From Oculatellaceae cyanobacterium bins.114 (lineage in GTDB: Bacteria; Cyanobacteriota; Cyanobacteriia; Elainellales; Elainellaceae), in NCBI GenBank assembly GCA_033764315.1, contig JANRJA010000184.1:1-27044 (forward strand): a stretch of 27,044 nt of DNA, given 5' to 3'. The translations under genes and the position numbers were made by a program. Below are positions 26,634-27,044 of this stretch, one piece after another. The notes below the pieces were generated by a model. That model had not been told where the DNA came from, ran no database searches, and saw only the letters and a list, made by a program, of their open reading frames with translations. Numbering within the stretch: position 1 is the stretch's first letter; each line of letters opens with the position of its first letter.

Positions 26634-27044
26634 TCAAAAATGGATGACGGGCAACGTAAAGGAAAATGTGGTTCCTTTCCCCAGTTGCGACTCTACCCAG
26701 ATTTTGCCGCTGTGCTGCTCCACGATTTTTTTGCAAACGGCTAATCCGATGCCTGTACCTGGATAATTTTGGGCAGAAGGAGTCCGTTGAAAAATGTCAA
26801 AAATGCGTCCAAGGTGTTCTGACTTAATGCCAATTCCATTATCTTGAATGCCAATACACCACTGTTTTTTTTGTTGAACTGCTGAAATATGTATGACTGG
26901 GTTGACATCAGGCTGAACAAACTTAATTCCATTACTAATTAGGTTTTGAAAGAGTTGAATTAGTTGAGTTTCTCTACCCCAAACCATTGGCAAAGAGTCA
27001 TGAGTTAGTGTTACATGGTGTTCTGCGATCGCTCTCTGTAAGTT
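26634..27044 (-). CDS. Sensor histidine kinase, C-terminal HATPase domain (partial; 5' end outside window)
   Basis: [13 protein letters not shown] (N box), DNGIGI (G1), IFDIF (F box), [18 protein letters not shown] (G2). Confidence 0.92.
   Translation of the reverse strand, partial: NLQRAIAEHHVTLTHDSLPMVWGRETQLIQLFQNLISNGIKFVQPDVNPVIHISAVQQKKQWCIGIQDNGIGIKSEHLGRIFDIFQRTPSAQNYPGTGIGLAVCKKIVEQHSGKIWVESQLGKGTTFSFTLPVIHF

Larger units (their letters stand above)
1516..27032. repeat. HIP1 octamer GCGATCGC dispersed across the window
   Basis: Roughly 40 copies by eye (e.g. 1516, 2167, 2952, 15491, 27025); cyanobacterial genome signature. Confidence 0.9.

Overview
Cyanobacterial chromosomal window (about 40 HIP1 GCGATCGC sites by eye). 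The left ~15 kb is an accessory signalling region. It holds a 1574-aa CHAT protease / STAND NTPase / TM / 14xWD40 receptor-like protein, a sigma-70-like HTH protein followed by a DUF1822 gene and a decayed CHAT paralogue, and several minus-strand cargo units (crystallin-CAP protein; small membrane proteins plus an SMR transporter; GMC oxidoreductase plus GH13 hydrolase). The most striking unannotated signal is a fixed-spacing 43-bp motif (minus strand CTGCATYAGTTNAAA-N7-CAYCTA) found four times, upstream of each cargo unit and of the sigma-like gene itself. This suggests an autoregulated, possibly protease-controlled sigma regulon (inference). The middle has a broken IS3-family element fused into the trailer end of a CRISPR array (16 full repeats plus 1 partial, 16 spacers, type III-like repeat, transcribed leftward). 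Next come the leader, a solitary degenerate repeat-like hairpin, and a divergent cas6 with a C-terminal HTH; no other cas genes are in the window. The right part is ordinary: five GT2 glycosyltransferases (two HpsE-like), uvrB, and the 3' end of a sensor histidine kinase.
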